From a virus, in the IMG/VR virus record IMGVR_UViG_3300048928_000639, positions 4,045 through 68,044 of that record: DNA of 64,000 bases; one strand, given 5' to 3'. The notes under the pieces are model-generated. The model was given only the letters and a program-made list of their open reading frames with translations, was not told the DNA's origin and searched no databases. Of the stretch, positions 35,682 through 45,949 are shown piece after piece. Position numbers and translations under genes: made by a program. Positions within the stretch are counted from its first letter, which is position 1. Each line of letters starts with the position of its first letter.

Positions 35682-38600
35682 ATCGCATCGCCTTCGCTGT
35701 TGATGGTTGTGCCATAGAGGCGGTTGGGAACGTCGAACAGCCGCGCCCAAAGGGCGGGCTCGTCGAGGGTGGGTGCGGGGCGTATCAACCTGTCCCACTC
35801 GGACCAGTTGAAGTCGTTGGGAATGATGACCTTGCCACTTTGCATCCTACCAACTCCAAATCGCAATTGCGGTTGCTACGATCAGCACCGCTCCAATTGT
35901 CGCGAGGCGCAGCGCATGCCACGTCTGCAGATCACGGGTCAGACGCATTGCAGCCCTGCCGCGGTCAAACACACCTGCTGACCATGCCCCCACCGCATCA
36001 GCCCCTGATCGACCAACTCCTGCAGCGCATCGCGCCAGATGGTCGCGGTCTCGCCGGCATCGGTGTAGGCGCGCAGTTGCGTGTCCATGAAGTGCCACTG
36101 CCACCTGGTCACGCTGCCGGCCGGGCTGTGGAGGCGGAGGAAACGCAGTTGTTCGACGGTGGGCGCCCAAAGGGCCAACGGCGACGCTGCGACCGCTGGC
36201 GTCTCACAGTTGCATTCGGGACGATGCTCGTGGCAAACGCAGGCGCGGACTTTGTGGAACGTCATGTGACAGATCATCGGCGAACCGCGCCGTCGTAGCT
36301 AACGCAGCGATGATCGTTGCTGGTCATCCCCGACGCGACCCAGTTGGTCGCTTTCAGTTCTGCATAGACGCGTTCGCATTCGGACTGCGAACCAATCCCC
36401 GACACGGTGCCGTAGCTGTGCCCCGCTAGAAAGATGAGTAGCCAAACGGTCGTCATCAGTATTTCTCCCCCACCAGTATCAATCCGATCTGCGTGTCGGT
36501 CAGGACCGCTTCGTGCGGCCATCGTTGCCCCAAATAGTCGTGACAGGCTCGTGTAGTGCAGCAACTGTACGCCCACGACCTGCGCTGCATGTAGCGATGG
36601 CGCAGCTTTTGCGACGGTGTGAACGCGTCGAAATTGGCTTGGGCGCGCTTGACCAGTGCGTCGAGGTCAAGGCGCGGCGGGCATGGTTTGCTGCGGAGAG
36701 TCATGTCAGTATCAACCCAATTGCAGCCACATCGACCACGACGCACATAAGCAGCAACACCGCAGCGGCAGGGGCGTAATCAAACCCGTCGTTCGCCTTG
36801 CAGAACCGCACGAACAGGTACGTCACGTTCCTGACCCCGCCACAAAACACAACACCCGGTCATTCAGCACGCACAGATGCGACCGACCATCCGGACTGTC
36901 GCGCTCCTGCTCGACCTTCTCGGCGGGGATGACAAACCACTTGCCGTCCGACTCGCGCTGCGCGTGCCAAGTGCCGGTGGGATCCTGCGTCGCTTTCAGT
37001 GCAGGGGCGCAGTCATCCATGTTGCAACAACTAATCCAAGGCGCATCGGGCATCTTCCAGGTGGCGTAGAACTCGCCGGCGACGTCGAGCGCGGCGTGAT
37101 CGTGCGCCGATACGCGCGCCCCTGTGGCGAACAGCGCGAGGCAGATGAGAACGGCGACACCGCGAAGGTTCAGCATGATGCAAAGCTCCGAAGGAATGGG
37201 TCTGTGCTGCAATCGTAGTTGATTAGGAACAGGTGGGATGGATCGATCGGCTTCGGTTCGACGCGGCGACCCATCTTGACGCGCACGATCGGCTTGAACT
37301 GACTTCGGTAGCCTTGAATGACCCAGTGCGACATCTCGACTATGACCCGGTCACCACTTGTGCGGAGAACGACACCTTCGTCCCCGAGACGCACCACACC
37401 CTCGACTTCTCGCACACAGCGCACGCGCGTCCCTGCGGGCCATTCGATCCGTTGGGCTGCTGTGGTCATATCGTCCACCCAGCGCCCATTGCGAGTGCGC
37501 GCCAGTAGAGATGTCCTTCAGAAGTGTCGCACCAATAGAATAGGTCGGCGAGGGTTTCTCCTGCGTTGCCGATGGGCGCAGCGCGTTGCAGTGTGAGAAG
37601 TGGGCCAATTCCACCCTCATCATACGTAGCCTCCGCAATCCGCTGGCAGTGGAGCGGGAAGGCCGCTGCGATCTGTTCGAACCGGGTTGTCATCGGCGGG
37701 TCTCCAGCGCTACGGCGATACGCACGAGCGCCGCTTCGATGCGGTTGAATCGCTCAAAGCCCGGTATGGTGATAAAGATCAGGAACAGCCACAGACAGGG
37801 CCAGAAATAGCCGGGGTGCTCTTTCACAGCGACACCAGCCCATTCGCCGCGCGCAGGGTCGCACCAGACTGCGCCCCATCCCACCCAAGGTCTCCGCCAG
37901 CCTCGATCTGCCGCAGCCGACGCGCGACGGCCCGCTTGCCGTTCAGTCCGGCCTGCGCGTACTGGATAGATTTGGTCTCGCGCTTCGCAGCACGGGCCTG
38001 CTTCTTGCGCACCAACGCAGCGGCAGCTTCCAACTGGCGCAGGAGGAAGTCGGGGATCATCGGACCCCATTCGAGCTTGATAATGCTGAGCACGTCGCCG
38101 CCGAGGTCGTACATTTGATGGTCCCCTATTCCTACTGACACTCACCGTATCTAATTAATCTTGAGAGTCAAGATAAATCGGCACGAAAAGACGCAGCCGC
38201 TGCATTCCCGGCCAGGTTGCCAATCAGACACAGGTAGACCGGGATTCCTTCAACCGTGATCCAATCCTCGCCATCAGGCCCCTCGGCGCAGCCCACGTCG
38301 CTCTCCAGGCAATCGCACTCACGCGCCACCTCACGCGCCACCCATGCCCACGGGGCACTGGCGTCGCCGGGGACGAAGCGGGCCTTTGCCCATGGGCGCC
38401 CGTCGAGATGCGTGATGTGGACTGGCGTGAGCGTCGGGTGGGGCAGTACGTTGTTGCGGGCTGCCACGCGGGTCACGGCGGCGCGCTGCATGCGAGAGAT
38501 ATCGATCAGGTTGTCTATCGCGTCGTAGGTCATGACAAAGCCTCCACCAGTTTGCGCAGCATGATGCCCGTGCCACGGTGGCCCATCTCGTCGTATTCGT

Positions 38601-38969
38601 TCGCCACGCTCTCGATCGCCTTCAGCAATTCATAGCGCGACACCGGTGCATCAAGGCGTGCTGCCGCTTCCCTTGCGGCCCGTTCGCGGTCCCGCTGGTC
38701 CTCGCGTTGCGCTTGCGCCGTTTGTTCAATGGCGCCGAACATTTGCTTGGTGGTGCGGTGGGTCATGACTGCGGATACTCACCCTCGACATAGGCGCGAG
38801 CTTCATCGGTCAGGCGACCGGCCTTAAGCATCAGGCGAGCGAGCAACACGTCCGCTTTATTCTTCTTTGCAGCGTTCAAACCTGCTCGCACCTGTTCCAT
38901 GGTGCGCAGCGGGAGACCAAGTCGTTCTGCATCGGCTTGCAGCATAGAGGCGATGGTGGGGTGGGTCAT
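35678..38969 (-). other. Cluster of about 14 small, mostly translationally coupled hypothetical early genes (e.g. 35939-36277, 36274-36456, 36456-36704, 36823-37176, 37170-37469, 37466-37693, 37824-38114, 38168-38533, 38530-38766, 38763-38969)
   Basis: Chained ATGA/GTGA overlaps on the minus strand downstream of dyad promoters; several with signal peptides. Confidence 0.6.
38155..38177 (-). promoter_or_regulatory. 23-bp dyad promoter/operator copy
   Basis: ttaatcttgagagtcaagataaa; TTGACT-16-TACGGT. Confidence 0.8.
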
Positions 38970-39003
38970 TGTTCGCTCCTGTTGGTGCAATGACCATAGC
39001 AAT

Positions 39004-39026
39004 CGAATCGTGAGAGTCAACATTAA
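39004..39026 (-). promoter_or_regulatory. 23-bp dyad promoter/operator copy
   Basis: cgaatcgtgagagtcaacattaa; TTGACT-16-TATGGT. Confidence 0.8.
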
Positions 39027-39082
39027 TTTGTGACCGAGGCTGCAGGTGCTGCGATTTGGTGTTGAGTGGTGCGGGATTACCT

Positions 39083-39360
39083 TGGACCAGTGGACCAGCG
39101 CCGTGGTCCGTTCATGTTCCATTTTGCCATTGTTTTTGTTGTGTTATTTCTATTTTAGACTCTGGACCAAGGAATATTGAAAAGACTACTGCCAGAATTG
39201 GGAAATCCCATTCAACACGTAATAGCAAATACACGTACTAACGCGCACTCGCAGAGACCCCCGAAAAGCACCCCGGCTGTCCTATTGCAAAACCCGTGTT
39301 CCACTGGTCCAAGAGTCTAAATCGAAAATACGTCAATGATTTCAACGGAAAAATGGACCA
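39083..39360. repeat. AT-rich non-coding region with TGGACCA repeats and a long imperfect inverted repeat; putative replication origin
   Basis: TGGACCA/TGGTCC(A) at 39083, 39091, 39104, 39163, 39305, 39354; arms about 39115-39169 and 39305-39360. Confidence 0.55.
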
Positions 39361-39466
39361 GCCCATTTCGCGCATTTGATGTAGTTGTATCGTCTGCAAC
39401 TTACAGTAACCTGCGATTACGTGTTGAGCACTTGACCGCACCATTCCGGCTCAACATCTATTCGCA

Positions 39467-39751
39467 ATGACCAGTACAGCACAGACGATCTCTCAACTCG
39501 AAATCGCAGGCTTCACGCACCTCCAGCGCTCGTGCGAAGCGCCAGGATGCCCGCCGCTCATGTCGGAAATATCGTTCGCTAGGATGCGGGAGATGCGCGC
39601 TGACGCCGGTGACATGACGCTCGAACAGGTGCGGGCCAAGATGCCGTGTAAGCGATGTGGCGCGCGGATGATGTGGTTGTCACCGGTGGACCTGCGGGAA
39701 CAGGAGGCGCGGTTGAAGGCGCACTCGTACCCGGATTGGAGTCGTCGTTAG
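39467..39751 (+). CDS. Small counter-oriented Zn-binding protein
   Basis: CEAPGC and CKRCG; plus-strand ORF within the minus-strand arm. Confidence 0.6.
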   Translation: MTSTAQTISQLEIAGFTHLQRSCEAPGCPPLMSEISFARMREMRADAGDMTLEQVRAKMPCKRCGARMMWLSPVDLREQEARLKAHSYPDWSRR

Positions 39752-41358
39752 GTGCGAGGCATGAACCGAGCGATGCGCTCGCCGACCCACCTGAATTTGG
39801 GCACAGCCCACGAGTTGCCGAGCACCTTGTAGCGCGGACCATCTGGACACTGGTCAGCGCCCTTGCCGCGCCACGGGATCGCTGTGTAGTCGGGCGACCA
39901 CCAACGACCAGCATGATCCAGCCACGCGCCAGGGTAGGTGGAGTCGCACTGCCACTGGAAACCCTGCAGGCGCTCGCACTCACGCGGGGTGAGCCGACGG
40001 ACGGCACTGGTCAGGACATGCGGCTTGTCACCGCCGCCACTGCTGGCGCGCAGTGCCGTAGCGACATCGCCGCCGAGTTCGGCTGTCGCGCCACCCTCCC
40101 GACCACGCAGGGCAACTGGGTAGGCGATGGCGGGCATGACACCGGCGTTCGCATGGCTGCCGCTGTGACCGCCTGCGCGTAGCGTTGGCGAAAGCTCATA
40201 GGTGGCGTCGGCGCCGTAGTCCTTGGCGCTGAAACAGATGATCGGCGTGCCTCGACCGGTCCCGTCCTCGCTCGCGTCCGCACCTTCGGCTTTGAGCGCA
40301 TGACTGATCGGACCAGTGACGCTGACCGCCATCAACATTCCGCACTCGGCGTCTTGCTGTGTGGCGCTACCTGCGGCTTTGCCGTTCGCCTGGAGCGTTC
40401 CTGTGATCTGCGGCACATAGGTCTGTAGGGTATGGTCGCAGCTGTCGTTTGGCTTGCCGAGCAGCGAGCGCGACAACGCAGGCACCAGTCCGCCGTTCAG
40501 GTCGAAGTCGGTCCCAAGTCCGCCACTGCCTTCAGGGCGCGAGCTAAGGGTTCCGGTAACGCCTTGCCCCGCTTCTCGGCTCGGCGGAGAATTCCGGCGC
40601 ACGCCTTCCGGCTCAAAAAGTACTGCGGCGGGATCGGCCCCGTTTCCAAAATCTGCGATAACGATGACACGCTCGCGTCGTTGTGCCAGGCCAAAAAATT
40701 GTGCGTCCTTGACAGCCCAGGCGGCGCGTCCTTTGGGTCCAGTGACCACCCCGTACCGTGGCCATTTGATGTAGTGGGCGCGCTCCTTGGCGCTCCATCC
40801 CCATGCTCGATTGAACTTGCCGACGACAGGCCGCGGAGTGGCAGGAAGGAAGGGACCGTCTGCTCCGACAAGTCCCGCCAAAAAACATCCGAAGGCGTTG
40901 TCTTTGGTGCTGAGAACGCCGGGGACGTTCTCCCATACGACGTTGCGGAGACCATTGCCTTCAGCGAGTTCATGCGCCAGTCCTACGAATGCGAGGGTGA
41001 GATTGCCGCGGGCGTCGTCCAGCGAGTTGCGCGCACCGGCGATGGAGAAGGCTTGGCATGGCGTACCGCCGCACAGGATGTCCACGCGACCGAGCCACTT
41101 GGTTTTGACCTTGGTGAAGTCGCCATGATTCGGGACGCCGGGGTAATGGTGTGCCAGCGTGGCGCTCGGAAACTTCTCAATCTCGGCGACACCAACGCAC
41201 TTCCAGCCGAGCGGCGTCCAGGCAACGCTCGCCGCCTCGATGCCCGAGCACACTGAAAAGAACGTCAACTCGTCGGGTTGGAGCGCAAGCGCGGCCGCTG
41301 CGAACGACGGACCGGCATAGATGACGTTGCCGTCGCGGCGCAGGGTGAAGTGGGTCAT
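39748..41358 (-). CDS. DNA cytosine-5 methyltransferase with expanded variable region
   Basis: SVCSGIEA, GGTPCQ, WENVPG, QRRERV, RRLTPRECERLQGF, LGNS. Confidence 0.93.
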   Translation of the reverse strand: MTHFTLRRDGNVIYAGPSFAAAALALQPDELTFFSVCSGIEAASVAWTPLGWKCVGVAEIEKFPSATLAHHYPGVPNHGDFTKVKTKWLGRVDILCGGTPCQAFSIAGARNSLDDARGNLTLAFVGLAHELAEGNGLRNVVWENVPGVLSTKDNAFGCFLAGLVGADGPFLPATPRPVVGKFNRAWGWSAKERAHYIKWPRYGVVTGPKGRAAWAVKDAQFFGLAQRRERVIVIADFGNGADPAAVLFEPEGVRRNSPPSREAGQGVTGTLSSRPEGSGGLGTDFDLNGGLVPALSRSLLGKPNDSCDHTLQTYVPQITGTLQANGKAAGSATQQDAECGMLMAVSVTGPISHALKAEGADASEDGTGRGTPIICFSAKDYGADATYELSPTLRAGGHSGSHANAGVMPAIAYPVALRGREGGATAELGGDVATALRASSGGGDKPHVLTSAVRRLTPRECERLQGFQWQCDSTYPGAWLDHAGRWWSPDYTAIPWRGKGADQCPDGPRYKVLGNSWAVPKFRWVGERIARFMPRT

Positions 41359-41376
41359 CCGCTCACACTGCAAGAA

Positions 41377-41399
41377 TTAATCGTGAGAGTCAACATAAA
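41377..41399 (-). promoter_or_regulatory. 23-bp dyad promoter/operator copy
   Basis: ttaatcgtgagagtcaacataaa. Confidence 0.8.
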
Positions 41400-41402
41400 A
41401 GG

Positions 41403-43571
41403 TCAGTAAGGAGGCGGGCTGGGCGGCAATACCACGCCCGGTGACGTTGGCAGCGGCACCGCGTTCCCGCCACGGATGATGACGCGCGGCCGGTTGTCGG
41501 CGGTCTTGCTGACCAGGTAGCGCACGACGTGCTCAATGTGCTTTGGCAGTATCTCGGGGCCGCGGTACCAACCACGCGTCCGCGTGCCACCGATGTACGG
41601 CTGGACTCGACGAAACCCCATCTTCTTGAGGATCGCGTCGCGGGCACCGTGGACATTGCGCCAGTTTGAATAGTCGCAAAGGTCGACGATATCGTCGACC
41701 GACACGAACGCCTGCTTAGTGTGCTCGGTCTCGCCGAACCATGACCATAGCCGGCTTTCCATATCGCTGACCGAGCGGGCAGCCTCCTGGTGCGTCGCAG
41801 CGATCGCCCACACTTCACGCGGGATGTCAAAACTTTCCCCGCGCGTATGGCGCGCTGCCGCCTCACCGACCAACTGAAACACGGCGCTGCGCAGGCCGGG
41901 CAGGTCTACCTCCTGGTCGATTCTGATAGGTAAAAATCGGCGATTGCCGGATGGATCCTCCAGCGGCGTGTCGTCGTTGGTCGAGCCGCAGAAGATGTTT
42001 CGCCGCGGTCGCTCGGTCACGGCGCGGGCATAGGCCGTGCGTCCGGCGTCGGTGGTGCGGGAAATCATCGCCTTGACATGGTTCACATTGGTATTGCCGC
42101 GCATGCCCATTTCGCTGATCTCAACCAGCATCTTGCCGGCCAGCGACAGGACCAGTTCCTTGGACGCATCACCGAGCAGGATTGAGTCAGTAAAGTATTC
42201 CGGTCGCAACGCCAGCACCGCGAGCATTGTCGACTTACCGGTGCCTTGCGGACCGAAGAAAATTGGCATCGTGTCGAACTTCACGCCAGGCGAACGAACC
42301 CGCGAGACCATGCCGCCGACCAGGCTACGCCCGACCGCGCTGTGGTACTGGTCGTTGGGGCAGGAACAATACCGGGATAGCCAAGAGTCGAGCCTTGCAG
42401 TCCCGTCCCAGTCCTTCTCCAGCGTCGCCAGCAGTTCGACGGCGGGATCGACCGGGTTGGCGTGGGCAATCGCCAACAACGTCTCCCACAGGAACTCCTT
42501 GCCGGGCCGAAAGCGCGTCTTGGTCCGGTTGGCGCGGGTGCGGAGCTTGGCCACGACAGTGTCGTCAATGTAGGTCCAGTCCGTCCAGCGCAGGTCGAGG
42601 TCGATGCCGCCCTGGATTTCCATGCGTTCCAGCCATGCGTTCCAGCGCAGCGACAGTCCGAGGATGCCGAGCAGGACGGTCACGTTGTCGCTGTTGTCCG
42701 ACTGCGGTTCCTGATTCTTGTCGTACTCCCACTTGTCGTGCGTAACGGTGATGCGCTCGACCTTTTCCTGCAGGTTCGCCGCGGCCAGCTTGATCTTACT
42801 GGTCGGCAGCGGATGCCCGGACAGGGTGATACGCCGGCACACGGCATCGAACACGTCGGCGTGCAGCAGGTTCAGCACGGCGAGCACGTCCACCACGGCG
42901 GCCGGCTTGAACTTCTGCGGCGGCTCGGACAGCGCGATCACGCGCGAGATGCATTCCAGCATGTCGGCGTACAGGCCGTGCCCGGACATGGCGGCGGGCA
43001 GCGTGGGGAATTCATCGGCGGCGGGCCGCGCCGGCGCGTTGGTCGGTGCTGCGAGGAAGTCGCGGAGGACAGGCGCGGCGAGACGCGTCAGTTCCTCCTG
43101 CCCGGCGAGCATCGGCATGCCGCCTTGCAGCGTAGCACCAGCAGCAGCCGCGATCGCCGCAACGCCTTTGAACATATCGACGCCAACTTTTCGCAGCGAC
43201 CCTTTCCAGCCAAGGTCGTGAGCGCGTTTGAACAGCGTCCCCATCGTCTGGGAATTTTCGGTCGCCTCACTGGCGAAGGTATCCCATTTAGAAAGGGCGG
43301 TGTCATCTACGGTCTGATCATGACAGATGACCGCCCACAGATCCAAGCCGTTGTCGCCGAACTCGACTTTCGCGATCATGCCAGCCGATACCCAGTCCAT
43401 ATAGCTGGGGAAGCCGTCATTATCGAACAGCCATTGATATAACGCCTTGGCTTCGTCGATATCGTAGACGCCGACCTTACCAGCCACTGCAGCGCTACGC
43501 GTGGTTGAGCGAATACAATGCGCAACGAGCGCCGCCGGTGCCGGATAACTGTGTGTCGTCACGTCAACCAT
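41403..43571 (-). CDS. PriCT-2 + VapE/VirE-like helicase; ends PPSPPPY
   Basis: Y.DWV.AGM...KW.TF...GTLF..A...GW; PG.KFD, GPQGTGKST, EISEM, R.AY.R, GNRRFLP. Confidence 0.88.
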   Translation of the reverse strand: MVDVTTHSYPAPAALVAHCIRSTTRSAAVAGKVGVYDIDEAKALYQWLFDNDGFPSYMDWVSAGMIAKVEFGDNGLDLWAVICHDQTVDDTALSKWDTFASEATENSQTMGTLFKRAHDLGWKGSLRKVGVDMFKGVAAIAAAAGATLQGGMPMLAGQEELTRLAAPVLRDFLAAPTNAPARPAADEFPTLPAAMSGHGLYADMLECISRVIALSEPPQKFKPAAVVDVLAVLNLLHADVFDAVCRRITLSGHPLPTSKIKLAAANLQEKVERITVTHDKWEYDKNQEPQSDNSDNVTVLLGILGLSLRWNAWLERMEIQGGIDLDLRWTDWTYIDDTVVAKLRTRANRTKTRFRPGKEFLWETLLAIAHANPVDPAVELLATLEKDWDGTARLDSWLSRYCSCPNDQYHSAVGRSLVGGMVSRVRSPGVKFDTMPIFFGPQGTGKSTMLAVLALRPEYFTDSILLGDASKELVLSLAGKMLVEISEMGMRGNTNVNHVKAMISRTTDAGRTAYARAVTERPRRNIFCGSTNDDTPLEDPSGNRRFLPIRIDQEVDLPGLRSAVFQLVGEAAARHTRGESFDIPREVWAIAATHQEAARSVSDMESRLWSWFGETEHTKQAFVSVDDIVDLCDYSNWRNVHGARDAILKKMGFRRVQPYIGGTRTRGWYRGPEILPKHIEHVVRYLVSKTADNRPRVIIRGGNAVPLPTSPGVVLPPSPPPY

Positions 43572-44029
43572 GCGTAGGCATTTCCTTCAACATGGGACGG
43601 AGGAATCAGAACGAAGCCATTGCCTGCGCGGATGTCGATGATGCCGGGCACCAGCGGCGGCTGCTTCAACAGCGCGGCGTCTGTGTCCGTGGGAACGTCA
43701 AAGTACAGATGCCAGCCGGTGGATGGTGTTTGCACATGGGGCGCATAGATCGGCTGCCCGGCGGCGGTGCACCAGTCGCTCCAAGCCTTCCAGCCAGCTT
43801 CGCGGCCGACTTTCTTGACGTCAATATCCACTACTATTTTATTGCTTGGTCCGGCGACCATAATCCAGTTGCAGCCGGGAAACTGCGCGGCCCACTCCGC
43901 CCACCGCTTGGGGTCGCGTGACCAATCGTGCGCGAAACTGGCGATCAGGCCAACAGGCGATTTTCCGCCGGCGGGAATCGGACAGAGGGCGGCACCCATG
44001 TCGGCATAACGGGCAAGCGGCTCAAACAT
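43559..44029 (-). CDS. Bifunctional DNA primase/polymerase (Prim-Pol) domain
   Basis: VVDIDVK, TPSTGWHLYF, IDIRAGNGFVLIPPS. Confidence 0.88.
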   Translation of the reverse strand: MFEPLARYADMGAALCPIPAGGKSPVGLIASFAHDWSRDPKRWAEWAAQFPGCNWIMVAGPSNKIVVDIDVKKVGREAGWKAWSDWCTAAGQPIYAPHVQTPSTGWHLYFDVPTDTDAALLKQPPLVPGIIDIRAGNGFVLIPPSHVEGNAYAWLT

Positions 44030-45602
44030 GGGCCAACCGAGCCTGGAGCGCCTGCGCGGCGGGGAGCAGGGCGGCGGCGGTCCGGAAGGCTGACAGGTTT
44101 AACCGAACGGGACCGAACCGAGCGCGGATGTCAGCGACGTATTCCGCCTCGCGCTCGCACAGCACAACACAGAAGCCGCGGTTGGTCGCTGCGACGGCAG
44201 TGGTGCCAGATCCGCCAAAGGGGTCCAGGATCGTCCCGCCGGGCGGCGTGATGAGCGTGCACAGCCACTCCATGAGGCTGATCTTCTTGACGGTCGGGTG
44301 CTTGCTGCCGTTGCGGTCTGCCTTGGAGGCTTTTGCGCTGTAGAAGAATCGGGCGGCGGAGCCGGAGTCGTTGCGGGCGGCGTGTGACAACGGCGCGGCC
44401 ATGTCGCCGTAGCACGTTTTGCTCGGGCGGGAGCGACCAGTCGCGTTTAGGTCACCCTGCTGTCCTTTGCTATCAGGAAACGCCCCGACCACTTCATCCG
44501 AGCCGTCATGCACCACGTTGGCGGGCCAGCGGCCTTGCACTGTCACTTCCGCACCAGGCATTCCAACGCGATCCTCTGCAACGCGGATCATGCTTGCGTT
44601 CGTGGTCGTTCCTTTGGGAGCGTACGTGCGTTCGTCTGTTCCTACTCTGCTCGCATCAATATTCAGCGCGCCGGTGCGCCAGCGCAGCACATTGGCTGCG
44701 ACCGTGCCTTCCGACAGCGGCTTGCGCGCCAGAACGATCGGCTCGAATGCGGGCTTGAGCGCAGTGCCCCATCCTTCCCATTCCGCTGCTTCGGGGGTGG
44801 CGGGTGCGGTGATGTCCACAACACGGCGAGCCGAAGCGTCGTAATCATCAGCATGCGCCGTAACCGCGAGACGAACTTCGGAGGTGTCGCGCATTTCCTT
44901 GCTGCCGACGACTTCGCGCTCAGCGGCCTCGAATGACTCGTCGAATTTGTCGCCAATTTTGAGTGCTGCTTTGATGCGCGGCCATTCATCTCGCGTGGGC
45001 ATACGACCGGTTTCGAACCACATGAAGCCACCGCCGCCAAGTGACTCGGTTGCGCCAATCAACCCGACTCGACGAGCGGCTTCGGTTTGTGAAATGGCTA
45101 ATTTGGTGCGCGCTGCTTTGATTGCGGCACCAAGCAATTCAAGCGATTTCCAGTCTTTACGCTTATCAATCGCCTTGCTGACATCGAGCGACTTGGGAAA
45201 ACCCGTCCCATAAAGCCACATCAAGGAGTCACGGATTTCGAACCCGGCGTCCTCGATCGCGCAGGCCATGCGGTGATAGCCGCGCGACGAGCCGAAAGCG
45301 ACGACGTGGCCGCCGGGTTTCAAGACGCGCAGCACTTCCGCCCACAACGCAGGCTGGAAAGCGATGTCGCCGCCATCCCACGCTTTGCCCATGAAGCCCG
45401 TCGAGATACGCGAGCGGCCCGCCGGCGAATTGAGGTTGAGCGATGCCGCGCCGGTGCCGCCTTTCTTGTCCGTGGTTAAATGGTACGGCGGATCGGTGAC
45501 CACACTGTCCACGGAATTGTCGGGCATGGCGCGGAGGGCGTCGCGGCAATCGGCGTGAAAAAGGGTCGCCGTGGGGGACAGGGTGATACGCATGCTGATC
45601 AA
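44022..45602 (-). CDS. N6-A/N4-C DNA methyltransferase with inserted XRE-type HTH
   Basis: VTDPPY, HPTVK, ILDPFGGSGTT; insertion IKAARTKLAISQTEAARRVG...FETGRMP. Confidence 0.9.
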   Translation of the reverse strand: MISMRITLSPTATLFHADCRDALRAMPDNSVDSVVTDPPYHLTTDKKGGTGAASLNLNSPAGRSRISTGFMGKAWDGGDIAFQPALWAEVLRVLKPGGHVVAFGSSRGYHRMACAIEDAGFEIRDSLMWLYGTGFPKSLDVSKAIDKRKDWKSLELLGAAIKAARTKLAISQTEAARRVGLIGATESLGGGGFMWFETGRMPTRDEWPRIKAALKIGDKFDESFEAAEREVVGSKEMRDTSEVRLAVTAHADDYDASARRVVDITAPATPEAAEWEGWGTALKPAFEPIVLARKPLSEGTVAANVLRWRTGALNIDASRVGTDERTYAPKGTTTNASMIRVAEDRVGMPGAEVTVQGRWPANVVHDGSDEVVGAFPDSKGQQGDLNATGRSRPSKTCYGDMAAPLSHAARNDSGSAARFFYSAKASKADRNGSKHPTVKKISLMEWLCTLITPPGGTILDPFGGSGTTAVAATNRGFCVVLCEREAEYVADIRARFGPVRLNLSAFRTAAALLPAAQALQARLAHV

Positions 45603-45814
45603 TACGGCGGCGGTGCGATACGAGGTGCCAACACCCTCGCCACAGCCTCATCCGGTCCCGCACACACCGGACCATCCCGCCACGATCCGCGCGCTTCCTC
45701 GACGCTGGCGATCCAGCCGCCCTCCGCCTTGGTGACGACAAGGCCGACCGCACCGGCCGCCTCCATGAGGGCCGCAAGGGACGGTGGCGACGGTGGGGGT
45801 GCGAGGTGCTGCAT
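45599..45814 (-). CDS. Small protein ending IAPPPY
   Basis: First ORF after the perfect dyad promoter; coupled to MTase start. Confidence 0.55.
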   Translation of the reverse strand: MQHLAPPPSPPSLAALMEAAGAVGLVVTKAEGGWIASVEEARGSWRDGPVCAGPDEAVARVLAPRIAPPPY

Positions 45815-45834
45815 GGCGGCCAATATAGGCCGCA

Positions 45835-45857
45835 TTAATCTTGAGAGTCAAGATTAA
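45835..45857 (-). promoter_or_regulatory. Perfect copy of the dyad TTAATCTTGA-GAG-TCAAGATTAA
   Basis: 10-bp perfect arms around a 3-bp spacer. Confidence 0.85.
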
Positions 45858-45949
45858 AAACAAAGGGCGGCACTGCGCTGGTGCGGCCGCACTGGGTAAT
45901 TACTAGGTCTAGTGGCGCAAAGGCTGCGCAACCTACAAGTGGGCCGGAA

